The notes under the pieces: generated by a model
The model's input: only the letters and a program-made list of their open reading frames with translations
Databases searched by the model: none
What the model was told of the DNA's origin: nothing
Assembly (NCBI GenBank): GCA_001687465.1
Contig: LVLI01000140.1
Coordinates: forward strand, 124,001-188,000
Reading direction: 5' to 3'
Length of the DNA stretch: 64,000 nt
Origin: Halocafeteria seosinensis
Taxonomy: Eukaryota
Position numbers and translations under genes: made by a program
Shown here: positions 37,733-50,316 of the stretch, piece by piece
Layout of the letters: every line of letters starts with the position of its first letter
Numbering within the stretch: position 1 is the stretch's first letter

Positions 37733-40618
37733 ATGCGTGATATCAAGTGCCAAGGAGTATGGGACGTGGAAAAGGACACACTTGAAGGCAAGTGGCGCCT
37801 GGCGGCTCATTCGAAGGAGAGCGCTAAAGAGTGGTATTCAACAAGAATACCCATACCGTTGAAGAATTCCGAAGCTGGGAAAGCCGTACTAGCCAGTTCT
37901 CTCGCGGGAGCAGCCAGTGCTGGGAACAATGGGAGCACTACTACCTCTGCAGCAACTACCGGCGCTCATGTGACAAGTATAAGTTCTACAGCTACAACGG
38001 AAGTGAATACAAGTGAATCGGCTTCCTCAACCAGTTTGGCGAAGAATGAGGAATCTATAAGCAATGCAGGTGTTGAGCCTGGGTCGGTTTCCGGAAATCA
38101 AGCGTCGGAATCACTCGCTCTCGATGGGAGCTCGACTAGCCAGATGTCGGCGAATCATGCTAGCGGGGAGATGGAAGCGCAATCTTTACAAACTACATCC
38201 GCCTCGGAGACACAATCGACTGGAGGGTCTGCCACTGCAGGTAGCGCTTCAACCCCGAAAGTACCGGAAGTTGCAACAACCACAGCACCTGTCGCAACTT
38301 CATCTAGCACGGAAATCAAGAACGAAGTCTCCTCGGTTTCCGCTCCCACCACAACCTCCAATGAAAGTTTTTCTCTGCTCAACTCTACTTTCGATCAAAT
38401 TCCTGGTGGGAGTACTGAGGAGAAAAACGCGAAAGAAGTAAGTGGGTACAGTCGACCGCAGCTGGGACTGTTATGGTACACTTTCATCATATTGCAGGCG
38501 CAAGCTCTAGTTAACCTGTTTGCTCCGCACAAACTACGCCACATTACCAGAATGGAAAAGAAAAGGAGAGATCGTTTATTGAAGGAAGCGCGGCGCAAGC
38601 TGCAGTTAGGAGGGGAGAGTGGAATCGACGTGCCTGCTTTGGATGAGAAGCAGCTCCAGGAATTGTGTCTTGTAGCTGGAAAAGACTTGCATTTGTCGCA
38701 AAGCTTCATAAGAATCCAGAGCCCTCAAGGCCAGGAACATGTCGAAGGTGCATACCGTACTCTTCCAGTGTACTCCTTTTGGAAAGGCCACTTTAAAGTG
38801 AGGCTACCGGAGGATAGCAGCGACAAGACAGTGGAGGAGAAGTTTCTGCTACAAATGGATAGGAATGCCAATCCGGAAGCCAAGCATGTAAAGCTGGATG
38901 GAATCGGACACAACGCGTTTGGCCGTTTTGAACTGACGGGACAGTAAGTTTGAGTTGTTAAGGAACTTGCACGGATGTGGTGCAAACTGTGAAATGCCTT
39001 GCAGATATGAGGCCTCTACAGGTATTCTAAGATTGACTAAGCAGTACAAAATTTTGCCACCCGCGGAATCTCAGGAGAGCAGCTCTATCATTGGAGCTAC
39101 GGAGACGGACGGTGCCCAAGATGGAGGCTCAGACGATGGAGAGGGGGGCAGAAGAAAATCTGGGAGAAGAAAGCGTGTGTCGACGTCCGTTTATGGGGAA
39201 GATTACGTCAATCCCTCAATGAGGAAGAAAGAACTGGACGCCGCTGCGGCAAACGACGAGAGGTCTACAGTTCCTCCAGCTGTGGGTGAGAAGAAGAGGA
39301 AGATAGACATGAAGAAATACAGCCACACATGTAGGAAGCAACGTACTGACGAGGCAAACCGGAGCACAAAGCCAACTGGAACGTCTTTAAAGCAGTTCAA
39401 TATAACGGAGTCCGTCCCGGCTTCGGACATGCAACCGTTGAATGACCAGAGTAGTGCTGCAATGCAAACTTTCTATAATGACGTTTCGGAAATTAAGAAC
39501 AAGGTGGTAGCAGGCTCCGAGGCAAGAGAAATTCAAGAGCAGCATAATCAGGCTCAATTCGCCCGAAAGCAAGCGCGAGTGTCCTCTCGCAAACCGAAGG
39601 AAATTAAGAGCACAGCATCGGACAACTCTGTATGGGTTGAAGCTCATAGGCTTCCGCCGGGAAGTGGTCGTTTGACAGGTGATCTTTTTGAAGGTGAAAT
39701 GAAGCGTGGTAAACCTCATGGCTATGGGACAGTTGTGTACTTGAACGGTTGGATGTTTGAGGGTCAATTCAAAGAGGTAAGCCCGCTCGCCCGCATGCCA
39801 TGCCTAGATTAGTCTTTGACTCTACCTCTTTTGTTTTCTTTTCCTTTTTTCNCAGGGCAAAGAGAGCGGCTGGGGAGTATTGACCGATGAAAATGATGTC
39901 GTTTTGTATGAGGGCGAGCTCCTCGATGGTGAGCTGCAAGGTTACGGTCACATGTATTATGAAAATGGAAGCAACTACTGTGGCTGTTGGAGAGATGGTT
40001 TGTTCCACGGCCATGGCTCGTTCTATCAGGAAGGAGAAGGCAGCTATGTGGGCTATTGGATGGAGGGGTATCGGCATGGGCATGGTATTGTGTACTATGC
40101 TGACGGTAGCAGTTACGATGGGCAATGGGTGTACGACAAGCGCAAAGGGCATGGGGAATACTTCGATGTAAGTTTCGACAGCTCCTGAAAAATCGGTTTC
40201 GAGACCCACTTTGCCTTTTGCTGCAGAAGTCGGGATTTAAGTATAAGGGTGAATGGGAGGATAGTCTTCCGCATGGTAAAGGGCGTGCAGTCTATCCCGA
40301 TGGAGGTGTTTACGAAGGAGCCTTCTCGAATGGCAGACGCGACGGAAGGGGCACGTTGCAATTCCCGGGAGGCGCTACGTACACAGGTACGTATTCTGTA
40401 AATTGTGGTTATGTACTTATAGTCTATTTCTTGAGACATCCATACTACCTATGACATTTGCAGGACGATGGAAGGAAGATAAAATGGAGGGAACTGGAAC
40501 CGTAGATACTCCTCAAGGTGCCGCTATCAACGACGATGTTTTCTTCATACCCGTGAACATTCAGGCTGACATGAAACGTATCCATCGCAAAGCGGGATTC
40601 TCTGCCTCAGGTGATTAG
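37733..40618 (+). CDS. MORN-repeat protein with S/T-rich and beta-rich N-terminal regions
   Basis: About eight YxGxWxxGxxHGxG repeats across exons 39680-40500, with canonical introns at about 38438, 38944, 39777, 40168 and 40387. Confidence 0.85.
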
Positions 40619-40691
40619 TGTATATCATCCGTTTGAAATTGGAGATCGCTCATTCGGTAGTGGTAGAATCATCGTTCAGCGTAGACTAGTC

Positions 40692-43586
40692 TTAACCCCA
40701 TTCGTTTCGGTCGTGGGGCTCATGGTTGGGTTTGGGTGCCGTCAGATTCATGAGAGTGTCTATCAACCACACTTTGAATCTAACAGAAGCCACTTCCGAA
40801 TGAAGAGTCAGGTAAGACCAAGTGGAAGCGCTGGGGAGATACTGTGTGAATTCTACGTCGCTTCTCATGCTTAACCGAGGAAGGGTGAACATTTCCGTAT
40901 CTGTAGGAATATTCATTGATGAAGAGGGGCATTCTGTACAATGTGAAACCAAATCTGCTGGGATATAGTCTGCCAGGGTTACGTAGACATCACGGTTATC
41001 ACCGTGAGGCTTGTTATTTTCTGTAGTCTTCGTCATGTTAGGGACGTAAAGTCCTCGAGTAGCAGCCTCAACGGTTATTGCGAAACGCTGTGCGGATGTC
41101 CCTCCCAAGGAACTATTAATACTTCGAAGGATTGCTGTCCCCCGCATTGCGAACAAGATATCCCTTGGAAGGGCTTCAAAGAATCGGCTGATGTCTCCTC
41201 CTGCAGAGAAGAAATCATCCCTTGAGTAGTATCTTGGAACAGTTCGAATAGGAAGCGCTTACCGTCGATTGGATTTTCGTAAAACATATCCTTCAGTCTC
41301 TGTTTGTCTTCTTTCGTCATACGTTGTCCTAGCGAAGCGTTGCTACTGGAGGGTTTGAACGTGAAGATGAGGGACAGGAGTTCGTAATAGAGTTCGATAT
41401 TCTCCCTTGATACGTTCATTCCTTCGAGAGCAGCTAACCCCATATCTTTGTCCCGTAGTAACAGAGCCTGGATATTATTATACTAAGACAACACTAATGC
41501 ATCTAATCGCATTGTAATATCGTAAGCGGAATCACTCGTACCTTCCACAAAGATGAATACGCTCGTCGAAACGATGAATCCAACCGGCGATACATGCCAT
41601 GGTCGATCAATACTACTTGCCATTCGTCATTTGTTGGTAGCGCGTAGGAAAGAGATATTGGGTTTCCCGCGTTCTTGCTTTCGACCTTAGGAGGCGGTTC
41701 TCTTTCATCACTTGATGCTTCAGTGGAACTCTCCTTTGTTTCGACTACTGTGCTGCTTTGTTGATCCTGCTGCTTCTCTGCTTTCCTCTTTCTTGATTCC
41801 TCTTGATGGTCTCTCATCTGCCGTCGAATCTGTTCCTTGCGTTCTTCTTCCAGTTCTTCTGCGGTCTTGTGTCTATTTTTAAACTTATAGTGCATCGATT
41901 TGAGTTCTTTCACCACAGCAGCTGTCCCCGCTCCAGCACCCAGAGCGAGCAACACAGGAACAACACCACCAATAAGTTTGCCAGTAAGTAACACAATCTG
42001 CCCCGTTCCCTGAACGGCTCTTCTAGCTTTGTCGCTCGAAGACAACTCCTCAAGCGTCTGAGGAGGAGCATCAGCGGGGAGAGGTGATAATTTCCTTACC
42101 ACTCGCGAAGTATCTGAATCAGAGTCTCCCGGAACAACTGGGAGTGGAGAGGTTCCCGGTTTCCTTCGTACAAATATATTCCCCGGGTGAGGGTCACAGT
42201 GCACTAGTCCTGCAGTTATGATACCGACGCTGGTAATAACATAGGGTACAATTTCTATTTGATAGCCTTACCATGCACGTGGACTAGTTCTGCAAAGAGC
42301 CTAGAAACGATACTACCGACTTCACTAGGGTCTATACCCAAATTCCGAAGCGATTCCGTATCCGTAACTTTGATGCCTTCAATAAACTCCATGGTTAATA
42401 CTCTATTGGTAGTTAGTTTCCAGTATACATCGGGGATGTGAACTTTGTCATTATGCCGCAGCAAACTGTCTTCGACTCCCAACGTCCCATGCTCCCCGCG
42501 GAGTAGCGAGGCGACCCTCGTTGCATTCAAGCCTTCTTGAATAAAATTCAGCTCGTTTCTCAGATTTTCAGCAAAGTCTGGTAGCATCCACGTATATTCC
42601 ATGTCAGGAAAAAAATAAGCGAGCATTTTCATCAAAAACTGTGGGAGCAAGCGAAATCCAGGAAGGGTTGTAAGAAGTTCGCAAAGCGACAGTGCTTTAC
42701 CTTGACAGTGGATAAATCTTTTTCAATTTGCTTTTGAAGCAACGGATACTGAACTTTCACAGCTACGTCCTTTCCACATTTAGTTCGGGCACGATGGACC
42801 TGAATGATTCAGCATGAGCTCCGAAACGTAGGATACACGGGTAGAAGGGGTTCAAAACTCATACAAAATTGTACCTGAGCAAGCGATGCTGCAGCAATTG
42901 GCGTGGCCTCAAAGTGGGAGAACATCTCCTCTGGTGATTTGCCGAATTCGTATTGTATAACTCTTCGGATTTCCTGCAGCATTCAGTTTATTACTAACTT
43001 CAGCATACTCAACGAAAAACTCTTTCGACGTACTTCAGCTTCTTGGAAAGGAGCCCGATCCTGTACCACAGCTAACGTTCTGGTATACTCTTGCGGCAAG
43101 ACATTATTCATCGTCGAGATGTACTGTCCTAGTTTATTAAATATGCCTCCATTGCTACTGCGGACGACTCACAAAAAATACCACACCAGTAGGCATCTCA
43201 AGATTCGCTTCAGCATTCTTACCGACACACATAGAGCATTCGGTCAGCGCTTCTTCTGTGGGTTCTCGAGTATTCTTGCTGCTGCGCAGCAGCATCCAAA
43301 TTCTCGCACCGTTTTTCTATCCTGGAGTAATCTAACCCCACCATGGCCGCCGCCCAGGCACATCTCGTGAAGCGGACACCTGCGTCCAGTTGCAGTTTCG
43401 TTTCCTCTCTGCATCGTGGCCAGTCAGTCAATCAGTGAGTATTAACGATTTCTTCTTCCTCTTTCTGGGTGTCTGGACACGTGGCATCACGTACCGGAAG
43501 CGCTTGGAAGTCAATAAACCCACCGTTATACCACTTCCAAACAGGGTTGTGGCGGCCAAAGGCCGCCTCCATTGTCCTTGTCTCAT
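40692..43586 (-). CDS. ADCK1: ABC1/UbiB-family atypical kinase, ADCK1-like
   Basis: Spliced exons give NGGIFNKLGQY, VVQDRAP, PIAAASLAQVHRA, VAVKVQYP, ELNFIQEGLN, LTMEFIEG, HCDPHPGN, LIDHGMY and LPRDILFAMR. Confidence 0.9.
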
Positions 43587-43866
43587 ATCTACTTGCCCCC
43601 TGTTGGATGATTTACTATTACACGCATGTGCTGGGGTCCATCGTCTACCGACAATCAATGAAAAAGGTGGTATATAGCGTCTAATGACGTCAGAGCAACC
43701 TTGTGAAGGTCATCTCTGACACCATTACCACTCTGGTATATCCTGTATTACCAGTGTCATTTGGACATTTTCGTTGTTGCATGGATAGGTAGATAAAAAT
43801 AGCTAGATTGTTGCTCCCGAGTGACTAGATGGCGTAGAAGAGGCCGAAATGGCGTGAAAATACCCG

Positions 43867-45458
43867 ATGTGGCGGACACTGTTCATTCGGCGTTGGACCT
43901 TTCGTAGGTCCATTTGGTGCTGCTCAGGAGCAGCAGGAGCATATGTGCTGACAGCGGCGAGTTTTACGCCACACAAGGGTGGAAAGGATGCCGCTGTAGT
44001 CCAAGCTGAAGGAACAACGACGGAGGACTCGAGACAAACATGGTACAGGGCTTCTTCGTTATCTGATACATCCCATACAGTGAATTCAGAGAGAAAAACA
44101 GTGGAAAGGAAGGCTGAGCGGACCAGTCCATCAGCACAACCTTCGTCATCGTCATCATCAAAGACAGATCTCAAAGAGAGCGCCAGCAGCTCGACGCCAT
44201 CAACTGACGCGGAACCAACAGCTTCTGCGAGTTGGTGGGAAGCTGTGGCAGAAGATGTAGAGGAAGACTCTACCATCGGTATGTGCTCCTTCTTTTAGAA
44301 CAGCATGTTATTGGCGCTGTGTACTTTTAACTTTTGTGTTTTCTCGAACGAGCTACAGAGACTCTGCTGGCTGGCGGAGTAGCTGGGCTGGTTGCTGACC
44401 TCTCCATGCATCCTCTCGACACGATCAGTCATCGTTCGAAGGTACGGCAACTATAGTTTTTAAGATGAACATGCTGCGGATACCGTCACAATAGTAGTTC
44501 TTAATTTCTGTGTGAATGCAGATGCATCCTAAGTCGTTATACGGAGGTTTCCTTGGTAATCCATTAAAGCTTATTCGGGAAGGTAAGACCGCATAGGTAT
44601 ACTGCCTACGGGCTAAAAGAAGAGCCTACATACCGCGGGGATATTCTTTTTTTGGATCCAGAGGGATTGCGTGGAATTTTTGCGGGATGGCAAGTTACTG
44701 CTCTTGTAGCGGCTCCGATGTGTGCTTGCTACTTTGGCGGATACCACTTGGCCAAGAACACCTTTACTGACGTTGCAAGTAAATTTGGTCTCGATGAGAG
44801 CAATAGTCTGATGGCTGCTATTATCCTTGTTTCTGGCGCATTTGCTGAGTTCGTCTCTTCGTTTGTCTTCGTGCCTTGTGAAGTAATTAAGTCGCGGCTG
44901 CAACTAGGAAAGAGTCCAAAACGGGCGACCGGTGGAATGGTTGGGGATGAGGCAAACTATAGAGGAATCGCTGATGCTGTGCGGGGTATCGTGCGGAAAC
45001 AAGGCTGGCATGGGTTATATGCTGGATGGAATTCGTGCATTTTGTTGGATATGTGCTTTTCTGCTCTTCAATTCTTATTCTACGAGATGGGCCGACATCG
45101 CTTGGAAAGTCACAATCAGGCAGAGACGCAGTTTTATCAAACTTTTTGGGTAGCGGGATGCGCTGGAGCGTTGTCTGCTGTGCTGACGAACCCTCTCGAT
45201 GTAATCACGGCAAGACTTATGGCACAAGGGGAGTATAAAGCGTTCGGAAGTGGCATTGTATCGGCTCTGGCATGTGCGATCAAAGAAGGTCCTTCTTCTC
45301 TTTGGAGGGGGGCAATGCCGCGCATGCTGAGCGCGTTCCCTTACGTCGGATTGCAGTTTGCTGTTTTCGAGTATGTTCGACGGAAGATATACCCACTGGA
45401 AAGGACAAGAGTGTACCAGGAATGGCTGGCACCAGCAAGGAGGAATACTTCCTCATGA
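43867..45458 (+). CDS. Mitochondrial carrier (SLC25) with long N-terminal extension
   Basis: Three PxDxxxxR-type signatures (HPLDTISHR, VPCEVIKSRLQ, NPLDVITARLM) and EGLRGIFAG. Four exons. Confidence 0.9.
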
Positions 45459-45532
45459 AGGACAGGTAGGAAAGGAAGGAGCACAATACTATGAGTTCTG
45501 CTGAACAAGTTTATTTTGTCGATATACGCCAC

Positions 45533-46699
45533 TTAGATTTCAACAGTGTCACTCCAGGCAGTCGATTCGCTTGCACCCTCCAAAGAAAACGTGGAGCTTG
45601 TAGAAAGGCTGAGTGAATTGGTTCCAAACGGAAGCAACGCGTCTGATGTCCTCCTTGGGACTGCTTGCACAGCGTCTGTGGGAACGGAAGAGTCTAGAGC
45701 TGTTTGAGCGAGAATGGAGAGCATACTTGTGCAATAGGCTTTGGAGCTTTCGGCTTCGGCCTCAATTTGCACTGATTCGTCTGTCTCAGCTGGATCTGCT
45801 GCAGGTGTGTGCTCCTTTGTCTCGTTGTTCGCTGCTGGACGGTAGCCGTCTCCTTGCTCTGCTGTGATCTTGTCCAATTGCGCTTGTGGAGTGGGAAGAC
45901 TTAGCGACTGCAACGAGAAATTGTGATGTTGGGATGGCATGAAGAGAACATAGGCATCGTTCAACCCACGTACTTTGCGAAGTTCATCGTTTTCTTGCCG
46001 TTGGAATTCGAGAAAGCTGACCAAGTCTTCGTTTATTAACTTCCGCCGGTATCGGGATTTCTTCGCATGAATTCTGTTTCTCTCGCGGCTGGGAGGACAC
46101 AACCAAGCACATGTTTTTGTACAACAACAAAAATAAGTAGTTTGAGGTTCTACAAAACGTACCAAACATATTTCTTCTCATCTTCACTCTTCGCTTCCGT
46201 TTCAGGGGGCACATTTGCCATGTCCTGCGCAAACGCGGCTCGTACCTCCTGGAGAATTTCTTGCTCCGTTCGCACATGAGGTGGACGTAGCTGCTTTTCA
46301 TTCTGCCACTCTTGAAAAGTATACAAGATACCGAACTGCGTTTGTAGCTTTTGCCAGAGCCTGTCTCTTTCTTCTGTTAGACTTTGTTGCTCCTCTTTCA
46401 TGGATTGAACTCGTTCCTGTTTCCTCCTCCGGCAATTTCGGGCATGAATTTTGTTGCGTTCGCGGTAACTGACGCATATCAATAAATAAATTAATTAATT
46501 AAACAAGTAAATCGCGCGTACACTCTGCTCGTAAAAAAAAAGTTGCGATTCCTTACAATTTTCGATAATTCTCACCTGGGGAGCTCCCAGGGTGGTCATC
46601 CTCCCGTCCTCTCTTTTGACCAGGCTGGAATTGTGTATGAGCCTCCGTGTCACTACAGCTGAGGCTGGACTTCCAGGTACTTTGATCGTCCCTTTCCAT
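45533..46699 (-). CDS. Transcription factor with two bZIP domains (5' exon structure uncertain)
   Basis: RERNKIHARNCRRRKQ and RERNRIHAKKSRYRRK, each followed by heptad repeats. Confidence 0.8.
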
Positions 46700-46788
46700 T
46701 GTTCGCAATAATTAATGATCTTCTTATGGCCTCTTATTCCCGGGACTGCGGCTGACAAGAGACGTAAAAAACAAGTGAATGAATCAGC

Positions 46789-46818
46789 ATGACGTCATCT
46801 TCCTCGGTCATGACTCAT
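46789..46818. promoter_or_regulatory. CRE (ATGACGTCAT) and AP-1 (ATGACTCAT) palindromes upstream of the bZIP gene
   Basis: Exact consensus matches at 46789-46798 and 46810-46818, 90-120 bp upstream of the inferred ATG. Confidence 0.55.
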
Positions 46819-47411
46819 CTTGTCTCCCTCACCGTCTCCCCCTTTCTCTTCGAGTGTACATCACGCATAAAAAAAGTGCTGTTTTGGGGCACTTACTCGG
46901 CTTTATTGCGGTATTTAAAGGTGGTTTTTTCTCCTTCTCTCTGTGAGCCAAGGACCTTGGTTTATCCACTGAAATGCACGTATGGGGGTGACCCAACGCC
47001 CCTGGGGAAATGGTTTATCGTAGGGAGATAAAAAGGGGCAATAACAGGGGGGAAATGAGCAATTCACTGTACTTTGAGAGGCCCTCGTACCGCTATGAGG
47101 CGCCTTTCTCACAAGTACCAATGGGGAGAACAATCCTCAAACAAAAGTACACACATTATTATTAAGTACGCGGGTAGTGAGTGAATGAATAATAGCTGTT
47201 ACGCGTCATCAACCGAATTGCACTTCACAAGCCCCAACCACGTCATGCTGGCCACTGGCCGATACGAAGAGAGGAACAGACATAGTGAGCAGAGGTGGAG
47301 GAGAAAAATATGTAAGTATATTGACATTTTTATTTCTGCTTTATAGGTTATGCTCCTTAAGGGGGTATGAGGAATTCAATGATCGGACAGCATTGCAAGA
47401 GACGGCGCAGT

Positions 47412-49664
47412 TTACATCCTGTCCGCTTTCTTCTTACTAGGAGGATACAGTTCCGAAGGAAGAGAAGATGGAACAGGATCTCCGACTTTCAGCTTCTCTA
47501 TGAGATGCATGCAGAGTGTAAATTCATCTGAGTCTAAACACCCATCTTCGTCAAGGTCAGAAAGATCCCATACACTGCAGAGCAAGAACAAACACTGCAA
47601 TGAGAATGGTTGCCAAAAAAAGCAACAGAGCGACGAACCTTCGAAGCTTTTCTTGCTCAAGGCCAGTGTCTATCAAGTAACCATAGGCAACAGTTCCACT
47701 AATCTTCCCTTCCGACGAACCCTCTAAAGAGTTAAACTTCTTCATATGGGATTCCTTGGACACTCTTTCTTCCCATTGCTCCTGTGGCGTCTTAGCGGCA
47801 CTCCCAGACTGGAACGGATTATTGGCCCTAGTTTGGTGGGTAGAGCGCGAAGGATTAGGCAAAGGAGGAGGTTCAACTTTCTGGCCTGAAGATGCAGCGA
47901 CCTGTCGGGCGGCATATTTCTCTTCAGCTGCAAACAGAAGACAAAGAGGAAACACACGTGAAACACTTTAATACCGTAGGCAGGCAGAAAGAGAACGCAC
48001 CTAGTTGATCCAGGAGAGAGGGGATGTAAGTGTTTAACAAGTAGTCCACTTCTTCGTATATGTTCTCGTTAACCTTCGGTAATTTGCTAAAGTCCATAAG
48101 CTGTACCAGAAAATCGGATCAATCAGGGAGGTAAAAGCGCATGTACTGACCAACGGACTTACTCGTAACTGCTCTTTGTATTTGGACAAATTCGGGAAAT
48201 CTCCTACAGGTATCTTATGTTGCTTGTGGATCTGCTTCGGTGGCAAAAGGCGATTAATTAAGAGGTGCCATAGTTTTCAAGCAACAACAACAGAACTCAC
48301 CTGGTTGAACGTATCGGCAAGATTATCTATTAACTGCCGCTGCTTCTTTTCCTTGCCAAATAAACTCGGCATTTGGGATTTCAAAGTGCTGAGGATCAAA
48401 GCATGGGTTCTGAGTACACGCGCCCGTTTCACCATCTCATTTATCTTTCGCGTCGCAGCGTTTCCAGGGAGAGAGCGGAGATCTTTAAGCAGATCCGTTT
48501 CCTCAGCTTCAAACAAGTACTCGAATTCCCTATTCTGCGTCAAAACCAGTGAGACTAGGATTGAGGTAAACGAAGCAGAGTCTAGAGTTTGCGTAGCAAA
48601 GGCATACCTGGCATTGTTCTTCCCAAAAGCTGCCAACGTAAACACGCATAACCTCTGGTGTTCCTACTACTTTTCCCAATGACCACATTAGAGCTCCGTA
48701 TACACGCATTAGTTGTTGCCCTGACACTCGATCTGCCTTGTTTAGCACCACTCGGACCTGCAGTTGTTCAGCGTCAGCAACATCGCGGTAGTTTATGCAT
48801 CCTACTGATAAAGAACTTACTTTATCCTCGGCTCCTTTTAGGGCCAAAATTACGTCCTTGAATTCGTCGGAGATGTCAAGTTTATGGGCATCAAATAGCA
48901 GCAAAATCAAATCAGCGCGCTCCGCAAACCATTCAACCACCTGAGTGCATCATATCCAACAAGCAGTGCCTCAGCAAGCAGTAGTAGGCATCTACATCGT
49001 GCGTACCTGAGGGAAATCATAATCACGGCCTTCTCTTTGCTTCTGACCAGACAAGACCCCTGGAGTGTCCACAAGATACAAGTGGTCGAGCAGTGGAGCC
49101 TGGCATTGCGAGCCCTCCAGTCGGTTCAAAAAGCTGGTACCAAACTTCGTGAGGGAGGTGAAAGGCATATCCTTGTGCACTGCCAGAGCATTTCCGGGAA
49201 TAGTCTGCTCTTCTGGTCCAGACATAATGGCATGGAACCTCTCCGTTGTGGGTTCTGGACCAATTCTAATACCAGGGAAATCTCTGCCCATGAGGTATCG
49301 AATGAAGGTCGTCTTCCCCACAGAGTACTGTCCAAGCAGAAGAACCATAGGCTTGGCGGTGATATCGGCATCCGTCAAGTAGGAAGAGTAAAAGGAATCG
49401 AAGTGATACTTCTTCTCCATGGGAAGCAACTTCTCCTTATACCTGCAAACAATATCCCACACAAGATACGGTTCCGCATTTACACCTGTTCAAACTTCTC
49501 CTCCACTGGGCCCATGGTCGTTTCCATTCAGAGCCCACACGCTTTGAATGGACACTAAGACCCGTTGGAATAATTGAGACGTACATGTTCTTGAGACCAT
49601 CCAGCACCGTGGGGGCTGTGGGAGGGGGCCCAAAGTCGCGGCCCTCTTTCTCTCCTTTCGGCAT
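47412..49664 (-). CDS. EHD1: EH-domain-containing endocytic ATPase
   Basis: KPMVLLLGQYSVGKTTFI, RIGPEPTT, VDTPGVLSG, FDAHKLDISDEF, LMRVYGALMWSLGKV, an NPF motif and a C-terminal EH domain. Confidence 0.95.
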
Positions 49665-50316
49665 GTTTCCGTTGGCTTTTGTGGACACACACGAGACAAC
49701 CGCGATTCCAATTCAACCTTCCACGGGAAAAACGACTCCAGAAAAAGTAAGAGCCAGTATCAGATGGTCCTGACCGCCTGCTGAGTTCTTTTCAAACCCC
49801 AAGAAAGGAGAGAACAAGATGAATGAATGGGGGCTGGTAAAAAACGAAGACAAACTTTTCGTTCACTTGAAGCTTTGGGATTTGACCAACCGCCCCAAGT
49901 TACACACGATATGCTCGAAAGTGCGGCAAAGCCAACAATCACCAGAATGGACATACAACACGCAGGCTGATGATGCAGCAAGCTCTTGCACAATATATCT
50001 CTCGAACCTAACCGTTCCTAACTTAGCCAAGGGTCACCAAGGGTTGAGCAACCAAACAAACTTTTCGTTCACTTTATATCGTTCATTGTTGCAACCCACA
50101 CTGCAAGCCTACGCTTGATTGTCAAGGGTGTAATTTACTCCCCTTATAGGTGGTTACCGTAGTGAGATAGCACATGTCCCAAATAGGGTGTTGTGGGGCC
50201 AAAATGTGCGCTAGTTACCGGTACTTGAATTGGGGATAGGCCAGCCTCACAAGCCTGAGAAAATGAATTTGCGTTATTATTAGGCCAGTTAGAGTAGATC
50301 AATAGGAAGGGCAACG

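Noticed and set aside
37250..37810. Several overlapping ORFs between the cyclase and MORN genes
   Set aside because: No motifs or supported splice links; most likely divergent promoter/UTR sequence.
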